Shown: piece after piece, positions 18,779 to 28,311 of the stretch
Layout of the letters: each line of letters begins with the position of its first letter
Position numbering within the stretch: the stretch's first letter is position 1
From: Enterobacteria phage vB_EcoM_IME340
Sequence record: MH051916
DNA length: 64,000 bases
Direction: 5' to 3' (one strand)
Translations under genes and position numbers: made by a program
The notes under the pieces: model-generated
Databases searched by the model: none
What the model was told of the DNA's origin: nothing
Seen by the model: the letters and a program-made list of their open reading frames with translations, nothing else

Positions 18779-19300
18779 ATGTTTATTTCAAGTGGAAGTG
18801 GTTTAATTCGCGTTGAATTTAAAAATGACATCTTTCTTATTCAAGGAGATGATATTATTAAAATGAGTTATGACGAAATCAAGAAAATTTGTCATGCTCT
18901 TGAAAGTCATGGAAAAGTGAACGCTGTTATTGATATTGGCGATTTATGGGTGACACTTTATGAAGTATCCGAAGGATTTAACATTGAAGATGAAAATAAC
19001 ATTTTAGCTATTGATAAAAGAACTGATTTGTTTGATGTATTAAAAGCCTATGAGCAGTCAAATGGCGGAAGAAAAGCTGTATTGATTTATCAAAAACCGC
19101 ATTCATGTGGAACTGCTTCAATCATTTCAAATATTGAAGGCGAAGTTGATACTTATATGTGTGTTTTAAAAGCTGGTGGTGACCGTCATCCGGATTTTAT
19201 TTCTATTCGTCAAAACAATGAAGAAATTTCATTGTCAAAATCAGAAGCTGAAGCTATGATTAAGTATTTAACAACCGTTACGCCTTCAATGAAAGGATAA
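18779..19300 (+). CDS. hypothetical protein, paralog of 18230-18772
   Basis: 173 aa ORF with SD GAGGAAATATG. Confidence 0.55.
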   Translation: MFISSGSGLIRVEFKNDIFLIQGDDIIKMSYDEIKKICHALESHGKVNAVIDIGDLWVTLYEVSEGFNIEDENNILAIDKRTDLFDVLKAYEQSNGGRKAVLIYQKPHSCGTASIISNIEGEVDTYMCVLKAGGDRHPDFISIRQNNEEISLSKSEAEAMIKYLTTVTPSMKG

Positions 19301-19302
19301 TT

Positions 19303-19764
19303 ATGATTATTAATGAAAACTCTTGGCACTATAAATTATTCAAATTGTTTAACGATGAATGGCAACGACCTAAGACACTATGCGCATATTTTTGGTCTAT
19401 TGCCATACCTACATTTTTCGTTTCTATTTTTGGGTGTGCTATACTCGTAGGGTTAACAATTATTTGTGCAGAAAGCCTACAACGTTGGCTTATTTTCGGT
19501 AGTTTATGGACTCTTCTTCCATCGGCATTTATACTTGCGCTTTTGGTTGTTTTACTTATTATCGGTTCATTTGTTATTCCTGCACATTTGCGTGAAAAAT
19601 ATAAAGATTATAAATGGAAAAAGGATTATGCTTTACACGTAGAAAATATTGATAGGGCGTATAAAGGTTTACCTCCTATTCAACCCAAGAAATCGATTAT
19701 CGTTGAATTTTTAAAAGCTCGTAAAGCTAAAGTATGTCCTGTTATTGAATATAAGGCTGAATGA
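19303..19764 (+). CDS. membrane protein
   Basis: 153 aa with three hydrophobic helices. Confidence 0.55.
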   Translation: MIINENSWHYKLFKLFNDEWQRPKTLCAYFWSIAIPTFFVSIFGCAILVGLTIICAESLQRWLIFGSLWTLLPSAFILALLVVLLIIGSFVIPAHLREKYKDYKWKKDYALHVENIDRAYKGLPPIQPKKSIIVEFLKARKAKVCPVIEYKAE

Positions 19765-20774
19765 TGAAAACAGTAATGAAAAGCTATTTTGGTAGTCATC
19801 TTTATGGAATTTCTACTCCAGAATCTGATGTAGATTTTAAAGAAATCTTTGTTCCTCCTGCTCGCGATATTCTTATTGGAAACGTCAAAGAGCACATGAG
19901 TAAAAACACTAACAACACATCATCTAAAAACACTAAAGATGATATTGACCATGAACTATACAGTCTTAAGTATTTCTTTAAATTAGCAGCAGATGGTGAA
20001 ACTGTAGCATTGGATATGCTTCACACTCCACCTGAACTAGTGGTTAAATCTGATTTGCCTGATGTGTGGAAGTTTATTCAAGACAACCGTTCTCGTTTTT
20101 ATACGACTAACATGAAATCCTATTTAGGATATGTCCGCAAGCAAGCTTCTAAATATGGTGTTAAGGGTTCTCGTTTGGCCGCATTGCGTGATGTATTGAA
20201 AGTAGTTAATCAAATCCCCGATCAGTGGGTTGATTACCGAGAAGATGGAACACAAGGACAACGTCGTACTAAAATTGCAGATATTAAACACCGTCTTCCA
20301 GAAAACGAATTCTGCGAATGGGTATTTCATAATCATGAGAAAACAGGCCCGCAAACGTTCTATACTGTGTTGGGTCGTAAATATCAGACAACGCTTTCTC
20401 TTATTGAGCTTAAGCAGTCTTTGAATAAACTTGATGCTGAATATGGTGAACGCGCTCGTAAGGCTGAAGCTAATGAGGGCATTGACTGGAAAGCTCTGAG
20501 TCATGCTTGCCGTGGTGGACTCCAACTATTGGAAATTTACAAAACTGGTGACTTAGTCTATCCACTTCAAGACGCTCCATTTATTCTCGACGTGAAGTTG
20601 GGTAAACATCCATTTAAAACTGTTCAAGAGTTTTTGGAAGATGTGGTCGATCAAGTAGAAGCAGCATCCATTGAAGCTTCTAAGAACGGTATGCAGCAAA
20701 AAGTAGACATGGGTTTCTGGGATGACTTCCTTGAGAGGGTTTATCTTGAAAACCACCGAAGTTATTATAAATGA
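19761..20774 (+). CDS. Pol-beta-superfamily nucleotidyltransferase-like protein
   Basis: N-terminal GS-x10-DVD motif (YFGSHLYGISTPESDVDFKEIFV) followed by a helical C-terminal domain; 337 aa. Confidence 0.6.
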   Translation: MMKTVMKSYFGSHLYGISTPESDVDFKEIFVPPARDILIGNVKEHMSKNTNNTSSKNTKDDIDHELYSLKYFFKLAADGETVALDMLHTPPELVVKSDLPDVWKFIQDNRSRFYTTNMKSYLGYVRKQASKYGVKGSRLAALRDVLKVVNQIPDQWVDYREDGTQGQRRTKIADIKHRLPENEFCEWVFHNHEKTGPQTFYTVLGRKYQTTLSLIELKQSLNKLDAEYGERARKAEANEGIDWKALSHACRGGLQLLEIYKTGDLVYPLQDAPFILDVKLGKHPFKTVQEFLEDVVDQVEAASIEASKNGMQQKVDMGFWDDFLERVYLENHRSYYK

Positions 20775-20776
20775 TA

Positions 20777-20800
20777 GGGAGCCTTCGGGCTCCCTTTTTT
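20777..20800 (+). terminator. rho-independent terminator
   Basis: GGGAGCC-TTCG-GGCTCCC followed by TTTTTT. Confidence 0.8.
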
Positions 20801-20804
20801 ATTT

Positions 20805-20889
20805 CAAAATTTTTTTCACAAAACGGTTTACAAGCATAAAGCTTTATGGTACTATACAACTATCAACTGATACGGATTTGGAGAATAAA
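20805..20889 (+). repeat. repeated early promoter-leader cassette (PeSL-like), copy B
   Basis: Near-identical to 4955-5051 and 47226-47314 from the A/T tract through GGAGAATAAAATG. Confidence 0.75.
20825..20856 (+). promoter_or_regulatory. sigma70-type early promoter
   Basis: GTTTAC 20825-20830, -10 TACTAT 20849-20854. Confidence 0.65.
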
Positions 20890-21858
20890 ATGAAAACTGT
20901 AACTATCAATAAGGGTATCTACTTCGGTAAAGAAATCTCTGGAACTTTTGAGCTCTTAGGCGAATGGTTCCCAGATAATGCTCCGGTAGATGCACAAGGA
21001 GATGGTAAAGTTTTTGTTGAAATTGACGGTAAACGTCGCGGTGTTTGGGTTTACAAATCAGATATTTCATATGATGGTGTAAAAGTTGAAGAAGTTAAAG
21101 AATCGTATGAAGATATGAAAACCCGCATTAATAAAAGATTTAATGTTATGGGAATGATGACGAATGGTATTATTAATGGAAATATTCGTTCATTAATTAT
21201 CTCTGGCGCAGCAGGTATTGGTAAAACGTATTCTTTAGATAAAGCTTTAAATAAAGCAAATGATAATGGATACATTGAATATAAAAGCATTAATGGTAAA
21301 ATCTCTGGTATTGGTCTTTATGAGCAGCTTTGGAATAATCGTGAAGAGAATTCTGTCCTTTTGATTGATGATGTGGATGTTTTTTCTGATATGGACATTC
21401 TTAATCTTCTGAAAGCTGCTCTGGACACTGGAGAGACCCGTAAAGTCTGCTGGAGCACTGCATCTTCTTACTTAGAAGAAAAAGGCATTGACCGTGAGTT
21501 TGAATTTAAAGGAACGATTGTTTTTATCACAAACGTTGACATTGACCGCGAATTAGACCGTGGTACTAAACTTGCCCCACACTTACAAGCATTAGTGTCA
21601 CGCTCAGTTTATTTGGATTTGGGTGTTCACACTAATGAAGAAATTATGGTCAGGGTTGAAGATGTTATTCTTTCAACTGACATGATGCAAAAGCGCGGTC
21701 TTTCTGATGAAGAAACTTATAAAGCATTATCATGGATGAAAGTTAATGTTAATCGTTTACGCAATGTTTCACTGCGTACTGCTCTTTATCTTGCTGACTT
21801 TATTATGACCGACAAAAACGGTTGGGAAGAAATTGCTGAGGTTACTCTTCTGAAATAA
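20890..21858 (+). CDS. AAA+ ATPase-like protein
   Basis: ATG 20890 after GGAGAATAAA; Walker A GAAGIGKT, Walker B VLLIDDVD, sensor-like FITN; track ORF 20722 is a spurious extension through the promoter. Confidence 0.65.
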   Translation: MKTVTINKGIYFGKEISGTFELLGEWFPDNAPVDAQGDGKVFVEIDGKRRGVWVYKSDISYDGVKVEEVKESYEDMKTRINKRFNVMGMMTNGIINGNIRSLIISGAAGIGKTYSLDKALNKANDNGYIEYKSINGKISGIGLYEQLWNNREENSVLLIDDVDVFSDMDILNLLKAALDTGETRKVCWSTASSYLEEKGIDREFEFKGTIVFITNVDIDRELDRGTKLAPHLQALVSRSVYLDLGVHTNEEIMVRVEDVILSTDMMQKRGLSDEETYKALSWMKVNVNRLRNVSLRTALYLADFIMTDKNGWEEIAEVTLLK

Positions 21859-21959
21859 TTCATAAGAGGACTTCTATGACAAAAAGGCAGTTCAGAAATA
21901 GATTATATGGACTGCCATTAAAAAGATGACTAGAATTAAACTGGTAAATGGAGGTAGTG

Positions 21960-22262
21960 ATGTTATACTCAAAGGCTCGTGAAATTTACGAAACTAAGAT
22001 TAAAGAAGCTGTATTTCAATTTGCAACGACAATGCGATGGACAAATGACTGGGAGTATTCAAAAAATCATAAGAAGCCCATGGTGACAAGAAAGGCTCAC
22101 ATGTTAGTGTTAATAGACCGTGAGCAGATTAAAGCCCGAGAAGCCCTCCAGAATCATAAAAAGGCTGCCTTTGAATGGTTTATGGATAACACTGCTCCCG
22201 AGACTAAGAAAGCAGTGAGCGCATGGTTCAGTGGAAAAAATTGTGAAAGAAGTTTCTTTTAG
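21960..22262 (+). CDS. hypothetical protein
   Basis: ATG 21960 after GGAGGTAGTG; 100 aa. Confidence 0.5.
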   Translation: MLYSKAREIYETKIKEAVFQFATTMRWTNDWEYSKNHKKPMVTRKAHMLVLIDREQIKAREALQNHKKAAFEWFMDNTAPETKKAVSAWFSGKNCERSFF

Positions 22263-22264
22263 TG

Positions 22265-22296
22265 GTTTACAAGACTGTTCCTCTGTGGTACTATAC
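22265..22296 (+). promoter_or_regulatory. sigma70-type early promoter (partial PeSL-like cassette)
   Basis: GTTTAC 22265-22270, -10 TACTAT 22289-22294, followed by ACAACTATCAACT. Confidence 0.6.
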
Positions 22297-22322
22297 AACT
22301 ATCAACTACGGAGGAACACAAA

Positions 22323-22850
22323 ATGAACGCTAAAGATATTTTCAACTTGGTAAATTACAACGATGGTAAATTTAAATCTGAAGCACAAAGTAAGTTCTTT
22401 AATGACATCTCAATCGGAGGTGAAATCACTGTTGATGGAGGACAAATTTACAAATCCCGTTGGAATTGGATCGTTATTATCGATGAGATTGGTATTGTAG
22501 AAATTTACAAGAATACGAATAAAAATCGTACATTACACTGGTCTCGTGATACTAACGAACAGTACAAAAAGGATAAAGCATCTAAATTATCTCGTGTAAC
22601 TCAAGAAGATATTGAGTTCATCAAGAAAGATATTTTAATGTATGATAATTTAATTGCTGAAGAGCAAGCTGTTATTGATAAATTTGACGAGATTAAAGCT
22701 TCTCGTGAAATTCCTGATTTTATGAAAGAATCAGTGAATGAACGATACACTCTCATTTCAGAGCGTATTGAAACTTACAAAAAGCAAAGAGCTGAACGCC
22801 AAAATACTCTTCGGAAGTTTGAAGAACGGTTAAAGACGGTACTCGCATAA
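22323..22850 (+). CDS. hypothetical protein
   Basis: 175 aa ORF with SD GGAGGAACAC. Confidence 0.55.
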   Translation: MNAKDIFNLVNYNDGKFKSEAQSKFFNDISIGGEITVDGGQIYKSRWNWIVIIDEIGIVEIYKNTNKNRTLHWSRDTNEQYKKDKASKLSRVTQEDIEFIKKDILMYDNLIAEEQAVIDKFDEIKASREIPDFMKESVNERYTLISERIETYKKQRAERQNTLRKFEERLKTVLA

Positions 22851-22852
22851 CC

Positions 22853-22876
22853 GCTTTATACCAAGGATGGTATAAT
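22853..22876 (+). promoter_or_regulatory. possible MotA-dependent middle promoter
   Basis: GCTTTA (MotA-box-like) 12 bp upstream of TATAAT at 22871-22876. Confidence 0.35.
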
Positions 22877-22905
22877 GGTTCTAAGCCCTTTTAATTGAGA
22901 TTATT

Positions 22906-23313
22906 ATGAAACAGTTGATAATTAAAAGATTGAATTTATTGATATGTTGTTTATGTGTAGTAGTTGCATACGGTTATTACGCAATTAATGATTATATGCA
23001 CTATAAAGATTATGATGTTACTGTAGTTAATACTATTACAGGAACACAAGGAAAAGGGTCTAGTTTATCGTTTATTGCCGTATATGAACTCAAAGACGGT
23101 TATAGATTTAGTGAATATATTTCCCCAGAGATGTATTCTTCAATAGAAAAAGGTGATAATATTACTGTAAGTTTACGTCCTTTCGACGTAAAACAGACAC
23201 TGTTTGATAATATTATTTGGTTCTTTGGGATGGTATTAGTTCAATCTGTGTGTGGTGCTTACGTAGTCTGTTCCATCTTATTCTGTATATTTAGTAAAAT
23301 TGAAATTGAGTGA
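22906..23313 (+). CDS. membrane protein
   Basis: 135 aa with N- and C-terminal hydrophobic helices. Confidence 0.5.
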   Translation: MKQLIIKRLNLLICCLCVVVAYGYYAINDYMHYKDYDVTVVNTITGTQGKGSSLSFIAVYELKDGYRFSEYISPEMYSSIEKGDNITVSLRPFDVKQTLFDNIIWFFGMVLVQSVCGAYVVCSILFCIFSKIEIE

Positions 23314-23320
23314 GGAAAAT

Positions 23321-24211
23321 ATGTCAGTCGTAATTAATAATGTCAATGCAGTAATTAAATCTTTAGTTAATAAAAAAATGATGAATGAATGGACTGTATT
23401 TCGTCGTGGAGAGCCAGATAAATTTTTTCATAGATTTAACCCAACTTTGGATTTGAATGTTATTGACAGAGATGTTCATGCCGAAATTTTAGATAAGTTT
23501 AAAGTTGATATTGGCTTTGGATTAGAAAAACATTTACAGCGAACAAATGGGTCTGGAATGAGTTTATCTAATCGCATTATGAAAGCCCTTAATAAAATTG
23601 GAGCGTTGTCTCGTATTAATGCGAGTGAAATCCTTCGTAATTATAATAAAGGATATGACCTTTATGGTCGACTAATGCCGAAATTATCATTCGATCAAAT
23701 GATAGCGGATTTGTGGGAAAATCAACGACGATTATTAGCATTAGGCGCTCGATTAGCTAAAGGTCTAGATAAACAAATGATTTTTAAGACCAATAATACA
23801 GAAGACCTTAAATGCTTTAAATTTAGTATTCGTGGAGATGATTATTACATCAGAGCTCGCTCTACAGATTATGTTAATATGGGGCATCATCTCTGTTTGG
23901 CTTTTGAAGTTTTAAAAGAAGCTGGAACATTAGAATATTCATCTGGTGCAAAATGCCCTATTGGTTCAAGTTGTATTTTAATTTATCGCCCGGATGAATC
24001 CAGTTCAACTAAATTGCCTACGAAACCTGTACCAGTTCGTAGTAACGAAAAACATTCTGAACAAATTGATTATTTTAATAAACAGATTGAAGAGCTGAAT
24101 ATTTCTATTCAACAATATGACGATGAAATTTTCAGACTATCTGGATTGAGTAGTAAAGCTAAATCTGAGCGTGAAAAGTTAATTAAAATTGTTGATTTAC
24201 TTAAATCTTAA
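23321..24211 (+). CDS. hypothetical protein with C-terminal coiled coil (array member 1 of 4)
   Basis: ATG 23321 after GAGGAAAATATG; ~250 aa globular part plus heptad-rich tail. Confidence 0.55.
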   Translation: MSVVINNVNAVIKSLVNKKMMNEWTVFRRGEPDKFFHRFNPTLDLNVIDRDVHAEILDKFKVDIGFGLEKHLQRTNGSGMSLSNRIMKALNKIGALSRINASEILRNYNKGYDLYGRLMPKLSFDQMIADLWENQRRLLALGARLAKGLDKQMIFKTNNTEDLKCFKFSIRGDDYYIRARSTDYVNMGHHLCLAFEVLKEAGTLEYSSGAKCPIGSSCILIYRPDESSSTKLPTKPVPVRSNEKHSEQIDYFNKQIEELNISIQQYDDEIFRLSGLSSKAKSEREKLIKIVDLLKS

Positions 24212-24219
24212 GGAACACT

Positions 24220-25248
24220 ATGAAAACTCGTTCTCAAATTGAAGATATGGTTCGTAACGCTAGCGATACTCGTGATGTTATGACATTTTTGTGTGAAAAT
24301 AATTTAGATTTTGATAAAGTTAATCGTGCTATTCATCACTTTAAATATCTGAATAGCAGTGAATGGGTGCGTAATTTTAGTAAAGCAGGGTATATTACGC
24401 AAATGACTGCTCGTGAGCAGCTCACCGATTTCTGTAAAACTATTGATTATAAAAATCCTCTATTTGTTCAAGGCGTTGGTCAAAGTAAGGTCAATTTATC
24501 ATCTGGATTTTTCAATCCAAATCATTATCGTATTGAATGGAGATTTATTGCTCTGTTCCGTAGACAATTAAAGCAAATTTTATCAACTGCGAGTCGATTA
24601 AAAGGTTCTGATATTAACTTAAAGAATCTGAAATTTGATGGTTATACTCTTCAGATGGAAGTAAGACCATTAAAAGAAAATAATAGAACCGCACGAATTA
24701 GCTTTAAACCTAATACAAAAAATTCTCTTTCAATTTGTGAATGCCTTAAATCACAGTTGACAGAAGCATTTAAGTATATGGATGTTGTTGCTGGTGTTCA
24801 GTCTAAGATTTCAAAGCATTTCGAACGATTTAAATTAGACACAACAACATATGAACTTGATATGATCGTTTCATTTAAATACGATTTTTTGAGAAAGGAT
24901 GAAGTCACGCAAGAGAAAAAGCAGGAAGTGCAAGATAACTTAAATTTAAATTTATCCAATTACTCATCAAACGATCCTAAATTTTGGATGTATAGTTCAG
25001 GTAATAAGGATGCATGGAAATTCAATAAAGTGAATTTTCTTCCTGTTGAAAATCCGAGTCTTAAACCTGTTGAAAAATGGCATGCTGATGCGATTGAGAA
25101 GTCTATCAAGGCAGTAGATGATGAACTCGTTAAAGCAACTAATGAAGTGTTAGAAGCTGAAAAGATGTTAGAAAAAGCTCAAGAAAAAGTCAAAAATCTC
25201 ACGAAGCAACGTTCTAAACTGAACAATGCACTAAATGCACTGAACTAG
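24220..25248 (+). CDS. hypothetical protein with C-terminal coiled coil (array member 2 of 4)
   Basis: 342 aa; SD AAGGAACACTATG; C-terminal tail ..EKAQEKVKNLTKQRSKLNNALNALN. Confidence 0.55.
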   Translation: MKTRSQIEDMVRNASDTRDVMTFLCENNLDFDKVNRAIHHFKYLNSSEWVRNFSKAGYITQMTAREQLTDFCKTIDYKNPLFVQGVGQSKVNLSSGFFNPNHYRIEWRFIALFRRQLKQILSTASRLKGSDINLKNLKFDGYTLQMEVRPLKENNRTARISFKPNTKNSLSICECLKSQLTEAFKYMDVVAGVQSKISKHFERFKLDTTTYELDMIVSFKYDFLRKDEVTQEKKQEVQDNLNLNLSNYSSNDPKFWMYSSGNKDAWKFNKVNFLPVENPSLKPVEKWHADAIEKSIKAVDDELVKATNEVLEAEKMLEKAQEKVKNLTKQRSKLNNALNALN

Positions 25249-25279
25249 TTTACTTTACCACAAGGATGTGGTATAATGT
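25248..25279 (+). promoter_or_regulatory. sigma70-type early promoter
   Basis: GTTTAC 25248-25253, -10 TGGTATAAT ending 25277. Confidence 0.55.
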
Positions 25280-25305
25280 TCTTACTTTCTACTGAGGAGA
25301 TTAAT

Positions 25306-26307
25306 ATGACTCGTAACGAATATATCAAATCATTCAACAGCGTTATTGATGATAAAGCTATACCGATGTTTGGCCAAAATAGCGTTATTTCCATTATCAA
25401 TCAATGGCTCAATAGTGTTGACGCAAGTATTGTTTCTTCTGTTAAATTTATTCATGAAATTCGTAAAATTTCTAGCCGTGTAGATAAAGATGTTATCAAG
25501 AAAGCCTTTAAAGAGTCTCGTCTTCTTTCATATTTGGTTAATCGGGATATTCTTGGTAATTTTGGGAAAGAAATTAAACGAACCAAAGATGTAGTAGGAT
25601 ATAATTGGTTCGGTGATGTTAATTCTTATCATCTTAATGTCAAAGAAGACCCCGAGAATATTTTTACTCGTCGTTGGATTAGTAATTTCAGACTTTTCAA
25701 AGGACAGATTCTAAAATCAGCTTCTAAATTATGTTATGGCGATTATCGTCAAATTCATCCTTTGGCTTCTGATATGATTATCATAAAAGAATATGAACTT
25801 GATAAAAATAAAGTATCTATTTTTGTGAATTATGGATTTTTTACACCAGAAACTAATCAAAAGAACATTAATAAATTTTTCTCAATTGCTAGCACTATAA
25901 CTCGTCAATTAGAGACTGCACTACTTTGTATGGAAACGGTAGAAAATATTCATACTTATCCTTTTAAGAATATGTGCGGTTGGGAAGGATATAAAATTGT
26001 AGTTAGTCTTCGTGAAGTGAAATGTGCTTATTCACCGACTGATAAAGAAATTTACCAACAAAAATGTGATGAAATTGTGAATACTCCTAAAGAAGAAACT
26101 ACACTTGAGGAACTAATGGATAATCTTGATGATTCGCCTGAACCCGTAGAAATTCGTCCAGAAGTTATTGCACTAGAAAAAGCTTATAAAGAAGCTCTAG
26201 AAATTTCTAATAAAGCGCAGAAAGAATATGAGCAGGCTAAAAGGATTTGGGAAGAATCTGTTAATCGCCTTGATCGTTTAGAACAAGCTTTACAGTTAAT
26301 TAAGTAA
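25306..26307 (+). CDS. hypothetical protein with C-terminal coiled coil (array member 3 of 4)
   Basis: ATG 25306 after GAGGAGATTAAT; tail ..SVNRLDRLEQALQLIK. Confidence 0.55.
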   Translation: MTRNEYIKSFNSVIDDKAIPMFGQNSVISIINQWLNSVDASIVSSVKFIHEIRKISSRVDKDVIKKAFKESRLLSYLVNRDILGNFGKEIKRTKDVVGYNWFGDVNSYHLNVKEDPENIFTRRWISNFRLFKGQILKSASKLCYGDYRQIHPLASDMIIIKEYELDKNKVSIFVNYGFFTPETNQKNINKFFSIASTITRQLETALLCMETVENIHTYPFKNMCGWEGYKIVVSLREVKCAYSPTDKEIYQQKCDEIVNTPKEETTLEELMDNLDDSPEPVEIRPEVIALEKAYKEALEISNKAQKEYEQAKRIWEESVNRLDRLEQALQLIK

Positions 26308-26359
26308 TTTAAAGCCAAGGATGGCTCGGAGTATAAATCATTAACCAAGTGAGAAGAAC

Positions 26360-27289
26360 ATGAAAACTCGTAAACATTATATTGATTATTTTGATAGTCT
26401 TATTACTAAACACCGTAATTATCAAATCGGGCACAGAGCAGTAATCAATAATATTCTTCGTGATTTCCTTCAATATGTTGGCCAAGAAAATCATATCTGT
26501 AAAGATACACAGAACGCTTATTCTCATTCGTTGGGCAATTTGCTTGAATGGTTTAAACGTTCTCGTATGTTATCTTCTACTGTAGCTCGCGATAACATTA
26601 AAAACTTTATGAAGCCGAGCTTTATTAAATCTGAGACATCTATAACTGATTTGGTTGAATTTACTATTGTTAACGATGTTAAAAAGACTCATTTGGCTGA
26701 TTGGTTATCTACCATTCCTGAAACTAAATTTGCTGATAAATTTGCTTGTCAATTCAATGACCAAGTGAATATGCTTTTTAAGCATGCTCGCAAACTGTTT
26801 ACTGCGGGCGATGACCGTACAAATACAGTTCATGTTAAGGACTGGGTTATTGCTGATGAAGTAACACACAAGCCAGGTGGTTCATCAGTATTAATTAATA
26901 TCCAGGTTCCTTATTATTACTCACGTAATCTCGGCACCATGACAGCTAGAGAAATTAATAAGCACAACAAAACTATTCGTTCGTTATCTTATAAACTTCG
27001 CATGATGTTAAAAATCATGGACGTAGTAGAAATGTATGACGAAACCGAAAATAATGGTTCAATGTTATACAGTTCACGTATTCTAATTAAACTGAAGAAC
27101 CCTAATACATATAAGCCAGTTGTAAAAGAACCTAAAGTAGAAAAGGTTGATAACCTGAGCGAAGAACGCGAATATCTCAATGCTCGTTTGATTGAAGTTG
27201 AAGCCCAGATTGCCGAACACACCAAATTGTTAAAAGCTCTTAATGCAAAAGCAAATGGTTTACGCAATGCTATTGAGGTATTGAAATGA
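26360..27289 (+). CDS. hypothetical protein with C-terminal coiled coil (array member 4 of 4)
   Basis: 309 aa; tail ..[19 protein letters not shown]. Confidence 0.55.
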   Translation: MKTRKHYIDYFDSLITKHRNYQIGHRAVINNILRDFLQYVGQENHICKDTQNAYSHSLGNLLEWFKRSRMLSSTVARDNIKNFMKPSFIKSETSITDLVEFTIVNDVKKTHLADWLSTIPETKFADKFACQFNDQVNMLFKHARKLFTAGDDRTNTVHVKDWVIADEVTHKPGGSSVLINIQVPYYYSRNLGTMTAREINKHNKTIRSLSYKLRMMLKIMDVVEMYDETENNGSMLYSSRILIKLKNPNTYKPVVKEPKVEKVDNLSEEREYLNARLIEVEAQIAEHTKLLKALNAKANGLRNAIEVLK

Positions 27290-27603
27290 AAAAGCGTCTA
27301 TTAGAAGATATTGCAGCTTCAAGTAATTCCAGTCTAATTAAAATTATTATGGCTGGTGAAGAAGACGATCTGGAAATGCGTGGAAAGATTCATGGTTGCG
27401 ATGATTTAGACTTTAAACCTCCAGCCTGGGATGCCATTATGGTTATGGTTGAACGCCGCGAAAGGGCTTCTAAAAACGTTCCTAATTGCCCTGAATGTGG
27501 AACTGAACAGGTTCAATTAATTCATTGGCAGACTAGTAATCTTCGTTATAAATGCCGTCATTGCAAACATCGATTTGAGAGAGAAGAAAATGACCAAGCG
27601 TAA
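27286..27603 (+). CDS. zinc-ribbon protein
   Basis: 105 aa; CPECG..(17)..CRHCKH motif. Confidence 0.5.
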   Translation: MKKRLLEDIAASSNSSLIKIIMAGEEDDLEMRGKIHGCDDLDFKPPAWDAIMVMVERRERASKNVPNCPECGTEQVQLIHWQTSNLRYKCRHCKHRFEREENDQA

Positions 27604-27832
27604 AGAATATATGGAGATTGCTGAAAAAGCAGTCCGTGAATTAGCAATAGCTTATTATAATGAACACGGTAAATTTCCTGATAGATACAGCGTGCTTAAA
27701 TCTGCTTTAACTCGTTCATATAAAAATATGCTATCAGAAGTAAGTGATATTATATACAAATATAAAGAACAAACTGGCCAAAGTCTTGATTATGACGAGA
27801 CTTTTAAACAAGTACTAGGAATTAAGGAATAA
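27590..27832 (+). CDS. hypothetical protein
   Basis: ATG 27590; 80 aa. Confidence 0.45.
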   Translation: MTKRKEYMEIAEKAVRELAIAYYNEHGKFPDRYSVLKSALTRSYKNMLSEVSDIIYKYKEQTGQSLDYDETFKQVLGIKE

Positions 27833-27833
27833 T

Positions 27834-28097
27834 ATGTTTAAAGTATATGGTTATGATAGCAACATCCATAAATGTGTGTATTGCGATAATGCAAAACGTC
27901 TTTTGACTGTGAAGAAACAGCCGTTTGAATTTATCAACATTATGCCGGAAAAAGGTGTTTTTGATGATGAGAAAATTGCTGAGCTTCTGACTAAACTAGG
28001 TCGTGATACTCAAATCGGATTGACGATGCCTCAGGTATTTGCTCCTGATGGAAGTCATATTGGTGGATTTGACCAATTGCGGGAATACTTTAAATGA
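27834..28097 (+). CDS. nrdC: thioredoxin/glutaredoxin NrdC
   Basis: 87 aa; CVYC active site; matches remembered T4 NrdC. Confidence 0.9.
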   Translation: MFKVYGYDSNIHKCVYCDNAKRLLTVKKQPFEFINIMPEKGVFDDEKIAELLTKLGRDTQIGLTMPQVFAPDGSHIGGFDQLREYFK

Positions 28098-28309
28098 TGC
28101 TCGAAGGAACTGATTATATCCATGACTACCGCGGAAGCGCGGTATATGTTGGTGATGAGGTTGCAGTTTATTATGGGTATGGAACTTTGATGACAGCAAA
28201 GGTTATTCAAATTAAAAATGGCCGCGCTAAACTTGAAGTTTATTATTCTAATGGTGAAAAGTCTATTTCTAAATGGAAATATGGCGATTGCATGGTTAAA
28301 CTGGGGTAA
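28094..28309 (+). CDS. hypothetical protein
   Basis: 71 aa ORF overlapping nrdC stop. Confidence 0.45.
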   Translation: MMLEGTDYIHDYRGSAVYVGDEVAVYYGYGTLMTAKVIQIKNGRAKLEVYYSNGEKSISKWKYGDCMVKLG

Positions 28310-28311
28310 AT

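Noticed and set aside
20722-20889. Track ORFs 20722-21858 and 47126-47695 extend upstream through the promoter cassettes
   Set aside because: The extensions start at non-ATG codons and read through -35/-10 promoter elements and the leader. Canonical SD+ATG starts exist at 20890 and 47315, so the N-terminal extensions are artefacts.
21877-21930. 17-codon ORF (MTKRQFRNRLYGLPLKR) between the AAA+ gene and 21960
   Set aside because: It is too short and lacks conservation evidence. It is more likely part of the 5' leader of the next gene.
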